DNA from: an uncultured Gemmatimonadales bacterium
GTDB taxonomy: Bacteria > Gemmatimonadota > Gemmatimonadetes > Gemmatimonadales > GWC2-71-9
NCBI GenBank assembly: GCA_963828735.1
Contig: CAWHFW010000002.1
Coordinates: 864,001 to 928,000, forward strand
Direction of reading: 5' to 3'
DNA length: 64,000 nt
In this document: positions 20,033-28,820 of the stretch, piece by piece
Layout of the letters: every line of letters begins with the position of its first letter
Position numbering within the stretch: the stretch's first letter is position 1
The notes under the pieces: generated by a model
What the model saw: the letters and a program-made list of their open reading frames with translations, nothing else
Databases searched by the model: none
What the model was told of the DNA's origin: nothing
Program-made: the position numbers and the translations under genes

Positions 20033-21989
20033 GACTCCTCCTTCCAGCAATCTCGCCGCCGGCGCCACGACCGACGATCTGGCGCTACTCCGCCGGGTCA
20101 CCGCCTTCGGTCAGGAGCTGGCCGGCACGCTCAGGCGCGCGTCGGTCATCGACCTGCTGTTGCGCCACATCAGGGAGAGCCTCTCGCCCACCGAGATCTC
20201 CCTCACCCTGTTTCACCGGGACGCCGACGCGCAGGACTTCGTGCACGCCTGGCCGACGGGCCGACCCGACCGCCGACCCCTGCTCCAGCTCGTCGAGCGC
20301 CTCGGGCCGTTGGTGGTGCCCGATGGGCTCGAGACGCTCGCGGCCCAGGGCGACCTCGCAGCCCAGCCCGACAGCGGCGGTTCCTGGCTTCTGGCGCCGT
20401 TCGTCGCCCGGGGCAGGGTGACGGGCGCCCTGGCCATTCGAGGCGAGGCCGGCCGCTTCGGCTCGTCTTCCCTGCGGCTGCTCGAAGGGCTGGTGGCCCA
20501 GGCGAGCATCGCGTTGGAGAGCGCCCGGCTCGTGGACCTTCACGACGACGGGCGTCGGTCCTGGCAGGAGGTGGTCGATGCGATCTCTCCTGCCCTGTGC
20601 ATCGTGGATCGGGGCGGCCGGATTCGCCGTGCCAACCGCGCGTTTGCCGATCTGGTCAATGCCCCGCCGGCGAGTCTGATCGGCCGCCCCTGGCAGGCGT
20701 TCGCTCCACCTGAGTGGGTCACCGATCTGCAGCGGGCCCTGGATCAGCAAGGAGCGGGCCGCGAGGTGGACCTCCGGACCGGCGAGCAGACCTATGCGGT
20801 TACCGCGGTGCCGATTAGCAGCACCGACCGATCCACTCTCGTGCTGCTCTTCGATGATCAGACGGAACGGCGGCGTTTGCAAGACCAGCTCATCCAGTCG
20901 GAAAAGATGTCCGCCATCGGGCAGCTCATCGCCGGCATCGCTCATGACCTCAACAATCCCCTCGCCTCGGTCGTCGGCTTCGCGGATTTCCTAGGTGAAG
21001 TGCCCAACGTGCCCCCCACCCTCCGCGAGCCGCTCACCGTCATCCGGGAGGAAGCCGAGCGCGCATCAAACATCGTCAAGAACCTGTTGAGCTTCGCCCG
21101 AAAGCAGGAGCATCAGCGTCGTGCCACGGCTCTCAGCCCGCTCCTCGACGCGACGTTCGTCCTCCTCCGCAACCAGCTCATGGCCCACCGGGTCGAGGCA
21201 GCGGTCGAGATCGAGCCCGATCTGCCGATGCCGGACATCGATCCGAATCAGATTCAGCAGGTCTTCGTGAATCTCATCAACAATGCCGCGCAGGCCATCG
21301 CGAGCACGGGCCGTCCCGGCCGCGTCTTGGTCCGCGCCCGCCGCTGGCTCGACGGGGTAGCCGTCGATGTGATCGACGACGGCCCCGGCATGTCGGAGTC
21401 GCTCGCGGCGCAGGTCTTCGAGCCATTCTTCACCACCAAGCCGGAAGGCGAAGGCACCGGCCTCGGGCTCTCGATCAGCCAGGGTATCGTGCGCGAACAC
21501 GGGGGCCGCATCATGCTCTCGAGCGAGGAGGGACGCGGATCGACCTTCAGCGTGCAGCTGCCGCTCGCGACCAGGCCACCTGCCCCGACCCCCACCGAGG
21601 GGAGCGGCCCTCCAACGAAACGCCTCCGCGTGCTCGTTGTCGACGACGAGCCTCACATTCTCCACTACATGCACGCCACACTCGAGGCGTGGGGGCACGT
21701 CCCGGTGGTCGCCAGGAACGGCCGCGAGGCCCTCGAGCTGGCTGACCGCGAGCCGTTCGACCTGGTGATCTCCGACCTGCGCATGCCCGAGCTGAGCGGC
21801 CGCGAATTCTACGAGGCGCTCGCGCAGCGACGTCCGGCCCTCGCCGCGCGAGTCGTCTTCAGCACCGGAGACACGGTGCGCGGTGACACGCTCGCCTTTC
21901 TCGAGAGCCTCGACCGTCCCTATCTCCACAAGCCGTTCAGTCTCGCCGAGCTGCGCACGCTCCTCGCCGCGATCGTTCGGGACGCGTGA
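20031..21989 (+). CDS. Hybrid sensor histidine kinase/response regulator (GAF-PAS-HisKA-HATPase-REC), cytoplasmic
   Basis: QSEKMSAIGQLIAGIAHDLNNPL, NLINNA, DDGPG, FFTTK, GTGLGL; REC motifs VVDDE, SDLRMP, KPF. Confidence 0.92.
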   Translation: MTPPSSNLAAGATTDDLALLRRVTAFGQELAGTLRRASVIDLLLRHIRESLSPTEISLTLFHRDADAQDFVHAWPTGRPDRRPLLQLVERLGPLVVPDGLETLAAQGDLAAQPDSGGSWLLAPFVARGRVTGALAIRGEAGRFGSSSLRLLEGLVAQASIALESARLVDLHDDGRRSWQEVVDAISPALCIVDRGGRIRRANRAFADLVNAPPASLIGRPWQAFAPPEWVTDLQRALDQQGAGREVDLRTGEQTYAVTAVPISSTDRSTLVLLFDDQTERRRLQDQLIQSEKMSAIGQLIAGIAHDLNNPLASVVGFADFLGEVPNVPPTLREPLTVIREEAERASNIVKNLLSFARKQEHQRRATALSPLLDATFVLLRNQLMAHRVEAAVEIEPDLPMPDIDPNQIQQVFVNLINNAAQAIASTGRPGRVLVRARRWLDGVAVDVIDDGPGMSESLAAQVFEPFFTTKPEGEGTGLGLSISQGIVREHGGRIMLSSEEGRGSTFSVQLPLATRPPAPTPTEGSGPPTKRLRVLVVDDEPHILHYMHATLEAWGHVPVVARNGREALELADREPFDLVISDLRMPELSGREFYEALAQRRPALAARVVFSTGDTVRGDTLAFLESLDRPYLHKPFSLAELRTLLAAIVRDA

Positions 21990-23056
21990 GCCTGCGCGTC
22001 GTCCACGTCGCGTCGGGACGCGAGTGGCGTGGCGGGCAGCGACAGGTGTGGCTGCTCGCGCGAGAGCTCGAGCGGTTGGGCGTTTCTCAGGTGGTGGTCA
22101 CCGGGTCGGGCGGGGCGCTGGCGTCGCGGCTTCGCGGCGACGGCGTGCCAGTGCGCGGGGTCCCGTGGACGATGGGCCTGGACCCACGAGTGCTGCCGGC
22201 GGTCGTTGCCGAGCTGCGGAGGGGTCGGTCCCTGGTGCACGCGCACGACGCGCACGCCGTCACGCTCGGCGGCGTCGGTGCCACCCTCGCGCGCCGGCCG
22301 CTCGTCGCCACGCGCCGGGTCGATTTCCATCTCCGGCGGCGCGGCTGCTGGGGTCGCGCGGCCAAGATCATCGCGATCTCCCATGCCGTTGGCGACGTGC
22401 TCGTGGCCGACGGCATCGCACCGGATCGCGTCGAGATCGTCCATTCAGGCATCGCCCTCGATGAAGTGCGCCGTACGGCCCGATTGGGCATCCGGGCGCG
22501 ACTCGACCTTCCCCCCGATGCCCTGATCGCGGCCAACGTGGCGGCGCTGGTGCCGCACAAGGACCAGGCCACGCTCGTGCGCGCCGCCGGGCGCCTCGCC
22601 GAACCGCTTCCGTCGCTCCACTGGGTCATCGCCGGTGAGGGTCCCGAGCGCGCCGAGCTCGAGCGGCTCCGAGCGTCCCTGGGACTCGAACACTGCGTCC
22701 ACCTCCTGGGCCACCTGGAGGAACCGGCCCGGCTCGTGGCGGATGCCGACTGCTTCGTGATGAGCTCGCGCGAAGAGGGGCTGGGCACATCCGTGCTCGA
22801 GGCCATGGCTCTTGGCATCCCGGTTGCGTCCACCACGGCGGGCGGTCTCCCCGAAATGCTTCGCGACGGTGCGGGCCTGTTGGTTCCCCCCGCCGATCCC
22901 GCCGCGCTGGCGGACGGCGTCGCGAAGCTCCTCGGCGAGCCCGCGCTCGCGCGCGACGTCGCGGCGCGGGCAGCCGTGATGGTAGAAGGTTTCAGCGCCG
23001 CGCGCATGGCAGAGGCAGTCCGATCGGTGTATCGTTCTCTGGCCCCATTTCCTTGA
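21986..23056 (+). CDS. Glycosyltransferase family 4
   Basis: WRGGQRQ, HAH, KDQ, SREEGLGTSVLEAMA. Confidence 0.9.
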   Translation: MSLRVVHVASGREWRGGQRQVWLLARELERLGVSQVVVTGSGGALASRLRGDGVPVRGVPWTMGLDPRVLPAVVAELRRGRSLVHAHDAHAVTLGGVGATLARRPLVATRRVDFHLRRRGCWGRAAKIIAISHAVGDVLVADGIAPDRVEIVHSGIALDEVRRTARLGIRARLDLPPDALIAANVAALVPHKDQATLVRAAGRLAEPLPSLHWVIAGEGPERAELERLRASLGLEHCVHLLGHLEEPARLVADADCFVMSSREEGLGTSVLEAMALGIPVASTTAGGLPEMLRDGAGLLVPPADPAALADGVAKLLGEPALARDVAARAAVMVEGFSAARMAEAVRSVYRSLAPFP

Positions 23057-23062
23057 CGGATC

Positions 23063-23854
23063 ATGATTTACGTTTGCATACCGAGCCATGATGAAGCCCC
23101 GACGGTGGGGCTCCTGCTGTGGAAGATTCGACAGGTCTTCGCGGCGTTCCCGCGCGAGTACCAGTTGCTGGTTCTGGACGATGGTTCGTCGGACACGACG
23201 GCCGAAGTCCTGGAGCCGTACGCCCGTGTCCTGCCCCTCACCGTCATTCGGCGGGAGGGTCGCCAGGGGTACGCGGCCTCGGTCGAGCAGCTGCTCCGGA
23301 AAGCGGTTGATCTCACCGACCGTCCCAAGCGTGATGCCGCCATCCTCATGCACGCGGACTTTGCTCACAACCCACAAACGCTTCCCGATCTCGTCCGACG
23401 GATCGAGAGCGGCGCCGACCTCGTGATCGCCGAGGGGCGGCTCGAGGGCGAGCCGTCGCGCGGTTACCGCCTGCTTCGGCGGCACGCGCCGTCGCTTCTA
23501 CGCGGCGTGGTGTCCGTGCCGGGCGTGAGAGACGTCGTCTCCGGCTTTGCCGCCTTCCGGCTCGTGGCCCTTCGAAACGCGATCCGGAGTCAGGCGGACC
23601 GCCTGTTGCAGACCGATGGGTGGGCCGCGAACGCCGAGCTGTATTGGCGGGCCGGCCGCTATTCCCGGCGCGTCGAGACAGTGGCCTCGGTGGAGCGGCA
23701 CGACCTTCGGGCCCGTCCGTCCAGGCTCCGGCCGCTCGAGGCCGCGACCGCCCTCTGGGCGGCGCGACGCGTGCTGCGAGCGTTCCCCGTGCCGCCGGCC
23801 CCGCCGGAGACGTCGCCTCGCCGCGAGGCGGAGCCGCAGGCGGTATCCTCGTGA
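23063..23854 (+). CDS. Glycosyltransferase family 2 (DPM-synthase-like, altered DxD)
   Basis: IPSHDE, LDDGSSD, LMHADFAHNP, DVVSGF. Confidence 0.82.
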   Translation: MIYVCIPSHDEAPTVGLLLWKIRQVFAAFPREYQLLVLDDGSSDTTAEVLEPYARVLPLTVIRREGRQGYAASVEQLLRKAVDLTDRPKRDAAILMHADFAHNPQTLPDLVRRIESGADLVIAEGRLEGEPSRGYRLLRRHAPSLLRGVVSVPGVRDVVSGFAAFRLVALRNAIRSQADRLLQTDGWAANAELYWRAGRYSRRVETVASVERHDLRARPSRLRPLEAATALWAARRVLRAFPVPPAPPETSPRREAEPQAVSS

Positions 23855-24597
23855 TGGCCACGCTCCTGGCGCTTACCCTGCTCCAGGCGCCGCCGACCGA
23901 TCCGCCGGCATCCGCCTATCCGTGGGCCGTGGGAGAGACGCTCACGTATACCGCCAAGCTCGGGATCCTGTCGCTGGGTTCGGGGACCCTTCAGGTTGCG
24001 GGCATCGACACCGTGCGGGGGATGGAGTCGTTCAGGCTTCGGTTCCGGCTGCAGGGAAGGACGATCGTCTATTCGCTCGACGACGTGCTCGAGTCGTTCG
24101 TGGGGACAAAGGACCTGATCTCGCGCCGGTTCGTGCAGGATTTCGTGGAGAATGGTAAGCCCACGAAGCGCCATTACGAGATCTTCCCCGACTCGGGGTA
24201 CTACCGCGAAGAGGGAAAGCCCGGCACCCAGCCAGCGCCACCCGACCCGCTCGACGACGCGGCGTTCTTCTACTTCGTGCGCGTGACCGAGCTCCAGGTG
24301 GGCAAGAAATACACGTTCAACCGATACTTCCGGAAAGAAAAGAATCCGGTGACGATCGAGGTCAGGAAGCGCGAGAAGATGGAGCTGCCCGATGGCCGCG
24401 AGGTCGAGTGCCTGGTGCTGCATCCGGTCATCGACACCAAAGGCATGTTCTCCAAGCGCTCGGAAACCCAGATCTGGCTCACCGATGATGCACGCCGTCT
24501 GCCGGTCCAGATCCGCACCAAGTTCCCCTTTGGCACCATCACGCTCCGGATGAGGGAGATGGTGCTTCCGCCCACGACGGCCGCCTCGGACCGCTAG
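23854..24597 (+). CDS. DUF3108 domain secreted protein
   Basis: Signal peptide, GETLTY, IWLTDDARRLPVQI. Confidence 0.75.
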   Translation: MATLLALTLLQAPPTDPPASAYPWAVGETLTYTAKLGILSLGSGTLQVAGIDTVRGMESFRLRFRLQGRTIVYSLDDVLESFVGTKDLISRRFVQDFVENGKPTKRHYEIFPDSGYYREEGKPGTQPAPPDPLDDAAFFYFVRVTELQVGKKYTFNRYFRKEKNPVTIEVRKREKMELPDGREVECLVLHPVIDTKGMFSKRSETQIWLTDDARRLPVQIRTKFPFGTITLRMREMVLPPTTAASDR

Positions 24598-24599
24598 GC

Positions 24600-25568
24600 G
24601 TGACCTACCGCGAGGCCGACCTCCGCCGGCTCACCACGGTCCCCGTGGCTGGGCGCCGGAACAAGGTTGATCCCTCGCTCCTCGCCACGCCGCCAGGCGC
24701 GGACCGAACCTTCGACGCGTTCCTCGACAGCCTGCCCGACGTGCTCGCCGCGCGGGACCTCCGCGCGGTCATTGCCGGCGTGGCGGGTGCCGCCCGGGGC
24801 GGCCGCGGGGTCGTGCTGCTCATCGGCGGGCACGTCATCAAGGTCGGTCTCGGACCCCTGATCCGGACCCTACTCTCGAAGGGCGTGGTCACGCACCTCG
24901 CCCTGAATGGCGCGGCCGCAATCCATGACTTCGAGCTCGCGGCGTTCGGCGGGACGAGCGAGGACGTCGAGACCGGACTCGCCGATGGCAGTTTCGGGAT
25001 GGCCGAGGAAACGGGCGCGGAAATGAATGCGGCCATCGGTGCAGCGGCCGCCGCCGGACAAGGCATGGGCGAAGGCCTGGCGCGCGCACTCGCCGAGCGC
25101 CCGGCTCTTCCAGGACGCGAGGCCTCGGTCCTCCTGGCCGCCCACGAACGCGACGTGCCGGTCACGGTGCATGCGGCGATCGGCGCCGAGATCATCCACC
25201 AGCATCCAGCTGCTGATGGTGCCGCGATCGGCGCCACCAGTCATCGCGACTTCCGGCGGCTGGCCGGCTCGCTGCCCGCCCTGGATCAGGGAGGCGCGGT
25301 CCTGAACCTGGGGAGTGCGGTCGTGCTGCCCGAGGTCTTCCTCAAGGCGCTCACGATCGCGCGGAACCTGGAAGCGGGAAGGCCCACTCACTTCCTCGCC
25401 GCCGACTTCGATATGCAGCGCCATTACCGGCCGCGCCTTAACGTCGTCCAGCGACCGACCCGGGCCGGCGGCGCGGGGTACCTTTTGACGGGACATCACG
25501 AACTGCTGCTTCCGACGCTGGTGTGGGGCATCCTCGGCGCCCTGGGGAAGGGTGAACCCGGATCATGA
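24600..25568 (+). CDS. Conserved protein, probably deoxyhypusine-synthase-like fold
   Basis: GGHVIKVGL, NGAAAIHDFE, TSEDV, FGMAEETG, TVH..IG.EIIHQHP, GSAVVLPEVFLKA, GHHE. Confidence 0.65.
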   Translation: MTYREADLRRLTTVPVAGRRNKVDPSLLATPPGADRTFDAFLDSLPDVLAARDLRAVIAGVAGAARGGRGVVLLIGGHVIKVGLGPLIRTLLSKGVVTHLALNGAAAIHDFELAAFGGTSEDVETGLADGSFGMAEETGAEMNAAIGAAAAAGQGMGEGLARALAERPALPGREASVLLAAHERDVPVTVHAAIGAEIIHQHPAADGAAIGATSHRDFRRLAGSLPALDQGGAVLNLGSAVVLPEVFLKALTIARNLEAGRPTHFLAADFDMQRHYRPRLNVVQRPTRAGGAGYLLTGHHELLLPTLVWGILGALGKGEPGS

Positions 25569-25590
25569 GGCCGAGCGTCGGCTAGGCAAA

Positions 25591-25642
25591 CGAGGACCCT
25601 GCCCGAGGAATGAGCCAACCATTCCCCGGGCAGGGTCCCTCG
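25591..25642. repeat. Long inverted repeat between convergent genes (terminator or REP-like)
   Basis: CGAGGACCCTGCCCGAGGAATG-agccaac-CATTCCCCGGGCAGGGTCCCTCG. Confidence 0.7.
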
Positions 25643-25675
25643 CTGCGTCCGACTCAGCGCCGCGCGGCCGAAGGG

Positions 25676-25891
25676 CTATATCGCCGGCCGGCCGGCGATC
25701 ATCTCCCGCACCCGCGCGGCCGTATCGGGTGCGATCACCTTGAGCACCAGATAGATCAGGAAGCCGATGAACGCGAACCACGCGATCGTCACCAGCAAGC
25801 CGACCAGCAACCCGAACAGGCCCAGGAAGACCTTGATCAGGAAGATCGCGATGACGGCGAAGATCGCGAAGCCAAGCAGCTTACGGAACAT
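25676..25891 (-). CDS. Small membrane protein (71 aa)
   Basis: Very hydrophobic, two TM-like stretches, GAGGGA RBS. Confidence 0.75.
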   Translation of the reverse strand: MFRKLLGFAIFAVIAIFLIKVFLGLFGLLVGLLVTIAWFAFIGFLIYLVLKVIAPDTAARVREMIAGRPAI

Positions 25892-25964
25892 GGTAGTTTC
25901 CCTCGGGAGTCAGGTCAGCGCGTCCTACGCCAGGACGTTTCAAAAAGTTTCATAGGAAATATAA

Positions 25965-27071
25965 GTGGCTGCGAGCTACGATGTTATCGTCGTGGGCGCT
26001 GGGCCGGTAGGGGCCGCCTCCGCCAGGGAGATGGCGCTGGCCGGCCGCCGCGTTCTCCTGCTCGATCCCGGCGGCGAGATGGGCCAGGCCTGGCGCGCCG
26101 CAGGGGGGATGCTCGCGCCGCAGATCGAGACCGAGCCCGAGGACCCTTTGCTCGAACTCGGCCTCGCGGGGCGCGAACTGTACTCGCCGTTGACGACGGC
26201 CCTGCGCGACTCGACGGGGATCGATATCGGGCTCTGGCGCGAGGGCATCGCCCACGTCGCGGCCAGCGAGGCCGAAGCCACCGACCTGCGAGCGCGGTGC
26301 GCGTGGCAGCGGCAACACGGCTTTCTCAGCGACTGGCTCGATGCCGGCGAAGTGAAGGCGCGATGGCCCTGGCTCGGGCCGACCGCCGGTGCCCTCTGGG
26401 CCCCGCGGGAGGGCGCCCTCGATCCGGAGAAGCTCGTCGCGGCCCTGCTGGCCGATGCGGAACGGCTGGGCGCAGTGCTCCTCCGCGACACCGTGGTCGG
26501 CATCGATCAGCGCGGCGACCGCGTCGCCGGCGTGATCGGCCGGGACGCCCGGTACTCGGCCGCGGACGTGCTGATCGCGGCCGGCGCCTGGTCGGGAGCC
26601 ATCGAAGGCGTGCCGCGGCCGATCGCGGTGGCACCTGTACGCGGTCAGATGGCCGCGCTGCCGTGGCCGCCTGGCGCGCCGCGCGGCATCGTGTACGGCC
26701 ACGGCTGTTACCTGTTGGCCCGCGGCGACGAAGCCATTCTCGGTTCGACGATGGAGTACGTCGGGTTTCGCTCGGAGACCACGTCGGCGGGACTGGCGCG
26801 CATCTTCGCGGGGGCGACGGCGCTCTGCCCGACCCTGAGCACGGCCGCCGTGAAGCGCACGTGGGCCGGCCTCCGGCCGGTGACGCCCGACGGGCGCCCG
26901 ATCATCGGCGCGGAGCCCCGGCTTCCCGGCCTGTGGTACGCCACGGGCCACGGGCGAAACGGCATCCTGCTGGCCGCGATCACGGGCGTGATCGTGCGCC
27001 AGCTGCTCGACAACGAGCCGACGGTCGAGGACATAGACGCGTACGCGCCGACGCGTTTCTGGTCGTGGTGA
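25965..27071 (+). CDS. thiO: Glycine oxidase ThiO / D-amino-acid oxidase family
   Basis: YDVIVVGAG, AAGGMLAPQ.E, AAGAWS, PVRGQM, WAGLRP.TPD, ATGHGRNGILLA. Confidence 0.82.
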   Translation: MAASYDVIVVGAGPVGAASAREMALAGRRVLLLDPGGEMGQAWRAAGGMLAPQIETEPEDPLLELGLAGRELYSPLTTALRDSTGIDIGLWREGIAHVAASEAEATDLRARCAWQRQHGFLSDWLDAGEVKARWPWLGPTAGALWAPREGALDPEKLVAALLADAERLGAVLLRDTVVGIDQRGDRVAGVIGRDARYSAADVLIAAGAWSGAIEGVPRPIAVAPVRGQMAALPWPPGAPRGIVYGHGCYLLARGDEAILGSTMEYVGFRSETTSAGLARIFAGATALCPTLSTAAVKRTWAGLRPVTPDGRPIIGAEPRLPGLWYATGHGRNGILLAAITGVIVRQLLDNEPTVEDIDAYAPTRFWSW

Positions 27072-27322
27072 ACGGCACGAGTCGCCGACTACCGGACGGC
27101 AGAGGTCAGTAGAGCAGTAGAACGAACCTGCGCCCTCTGCAGCCCGATAGCCGGCGACCCTGGGCCCGCCCTCGCATCGATTGGCCTCACGCCCGCGTAC
27201 TCCGGGCCGCTCGTCGTGTTCGCCGAAGGTCCCCGACCCATCCCCGACGCAGCAACTACGCCAGTCCGGTTCGCGCCGGATTCATGCCTCGTTCTTCCTC
27301 GTACCCCTTCTCCGCCTCCTGA

Positions 27323-27349
27323 CCAATCCGATCCCGGGCGACCGCCGTA
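27323..27349 (+). promoter_or_regulatory. Candidate ECF (SigK-type) promoter
   Basis: CCAATCC-N16-CGTA, about 50 nt upstream of the ATG at 27398. Confidence 0.5.
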
Positions 27350-27397
27350 CCTGGGCTGCACACGAGGTCCGTCCCTCAACCCAGGAGAAGGAACGCC

Positions 27398-28144
27398 ATG
27401 ATCACCAGACCGGTCCACCGCCGGCAGTGGCTGGCCGCTGGCGCCACGCTCGCGCTCTGCGGCACGATCGCCGTCGCCGTCGCGCGGGCCTCCGATCACC
27501 AGGACACGCCCTTTGTCGAGCTGAATCCGAAGACCGACCTGACCGACGTCTACGCGTTTCCAGGCGGCTCGGGCCGCATCGTCCTCGCCATGGATACCCG
27601 CGCCTTTCTCACGCCGGCGGGGGCGACCGATCCCGAGCAGGCGTCGTTCGACCCCAACCTCCTCTACCAGTTCAAGATCGACACCGATGGCGATGCCCTC
27701 GAGGACAAGGTCCTCCAGATCACGTTCAGCGGCGAAGGGGCGAGCCAGCAGGTCTTCGTGCGCGGTCCCCTCACCCCGCCCGTCAAGGGCGCGATGGGCA
27801 ACGAGGTGGCGGACGCCAGCCCGGCGCTGAGCGGCGCCATCGGCACCGTGCTCGGCTCGGGCAGCGGCATGCAGGTCTTCACGGGTCCTCGCGACGATCC
27901 GTTCTTCATCGACCTCGAGGCCGCGTTCTGCATTCTGCCGGATCGCCGGCCCGTCGGGGGCCAGCTCTCGGGCTCCTGCGCGCTCACGCCGAGCCAGCCC
28001 GGGACCCCGTTCTACTTCCGGAGCCCCGGCGTCAACTACGTGAGTGGCTTCAACGTCAATTCGATCGTGATCGAGCTGCCGACGTCGATGATCGAGGGCA
28101 GCGCCCCCGGCCGGCTCGGCATCTGGGGCACCATCAGCCAGTGA
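27398..28144 (+). CDS. DUF4331 family protein (N-terminal half type), secreted
   Basis: AGGAG RBS; RRQWL signal; SDHQDTP, DLTDVYAF, YQFKID, GPRDDPFFID, NVNSIVIE. Confidence 0.85.
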   Translation: MITRPVHRRQWLAAGATLALCGTIAVAVARASDHQDTPFVELNPKTDLTDVYAFPGGSGRIVLAMDTRAFLTPAGATDPEQASFDPNLLYQFKIDTDGDALEDKVLQITFSGEGASQQVFVRGPLTPPVKGAMGNEVADASPALSGAIGTVLGSGSGMQVFTGPRDDPFFIDLEAAFCILPDRRPVGGQLSGSCALTPSQPGTPFYFRSPGVNYVSGFNVNSIVIELPTSMIEGSAPGRLGIWGTISQ

Positions 28145-28178
28145 TCCTCCCGCGACCCGAACTCCACAGGAGTCTACG

Positions 28179-28754
28179 ATGCAGCTTCGCATTTTCACCG
28201 GCATCACGCGTCGGCTAGCGGTGGCCACGGCCATGGCGGCGGTGAGCGTGACGGCCCTCGCCTGCAACGACGACAACGGCGACAACGGCGGGACCGGTCC
28301 CGGCACGACGCGGATGTACAACCAGGGACAGCGGCTCGGCAACCCGCTCGTGAGCGAGGTGCTGCTCTCGAAGCGCGATCACGCGGTGCACGGCTCGATC
28401 GGTCCGGACCAGGACGCGACGCTGGTCGCGCCCCTGGTGGTGGATTTCATGACCAACGTGGCGGGGCGGGACCCGGCCTACATCCAGGCCATCGCGCCGG
28501 CGCTCATTCCCGACGTCCTCGTGGTCGACACGAGCAAGGATCCGTCGACGGCCGGCTGGCTTTCGACCACGCTCGCGGGCGGTTACGGCGGTCGCAGGCT
28601 GCAGGATGACGTGGTGGACCTGGCGCTCACCGCGGTCTTCGGCAGCGCGCTGGGGGATGCGGCGCATGCCACGCCGGAGCTCACGACCGACAACGTCGCG
28701 TTCGATTCGCCGAACGTCACCGGCACCTTCCCGTATCTCGCGCCACCCAACTAG
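28179..28754 (+). CDS. DUF4331 family lipoprotein (C-terminal half type)
   Basis: Lipobox ALAC; QRLGNP, PDVL.VD, GGRRLQDDVVD, TDNV, FPYLAPP. Confidence 0.82.
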   Translation: MQLRIFTGITRRLAVATAMAAVSVTALACNDDNGDNGGTGPGTTRMYNQGQRLGNPLVSEVLLSKRDHAVHGSIGPDQDATLVAPLVVDFMTNVAGRDPAYIQAIAPALIPDVLVVDTSKDPSTAGWLSTTLAGGYGGRRLQDDVVDLALTAVFGSALGDAAHATPELTTDNVAFDSPNVTGTFPYLAPPN

Positions 28755-28762
28755 GGCCGAGA

Positions 28763-28796
28763 CGTTCTCCGGTCGCCGCATGGCGGCCGGAGAACG
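28763..28796 (+). terminator. Intra-operon GC hairpin (partial terminator or mRNA stabiliser)
   Basis: CGTTCTCCGGTCGCC-gcat-GGCGGCCGGAGAACG, no U-tract. Confidence 0.55.
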
Positions 28797-28820
28797 CGCG
28801 CATTCGAAAGGACGCACCCC

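Noticed and set aside
25892..25964. TPP riboswitch upstream of thiO
   Set aside because: Only 73 nt, no CTGAGA core, and no other thi genes nearby, so a thiamine role is also unproven.
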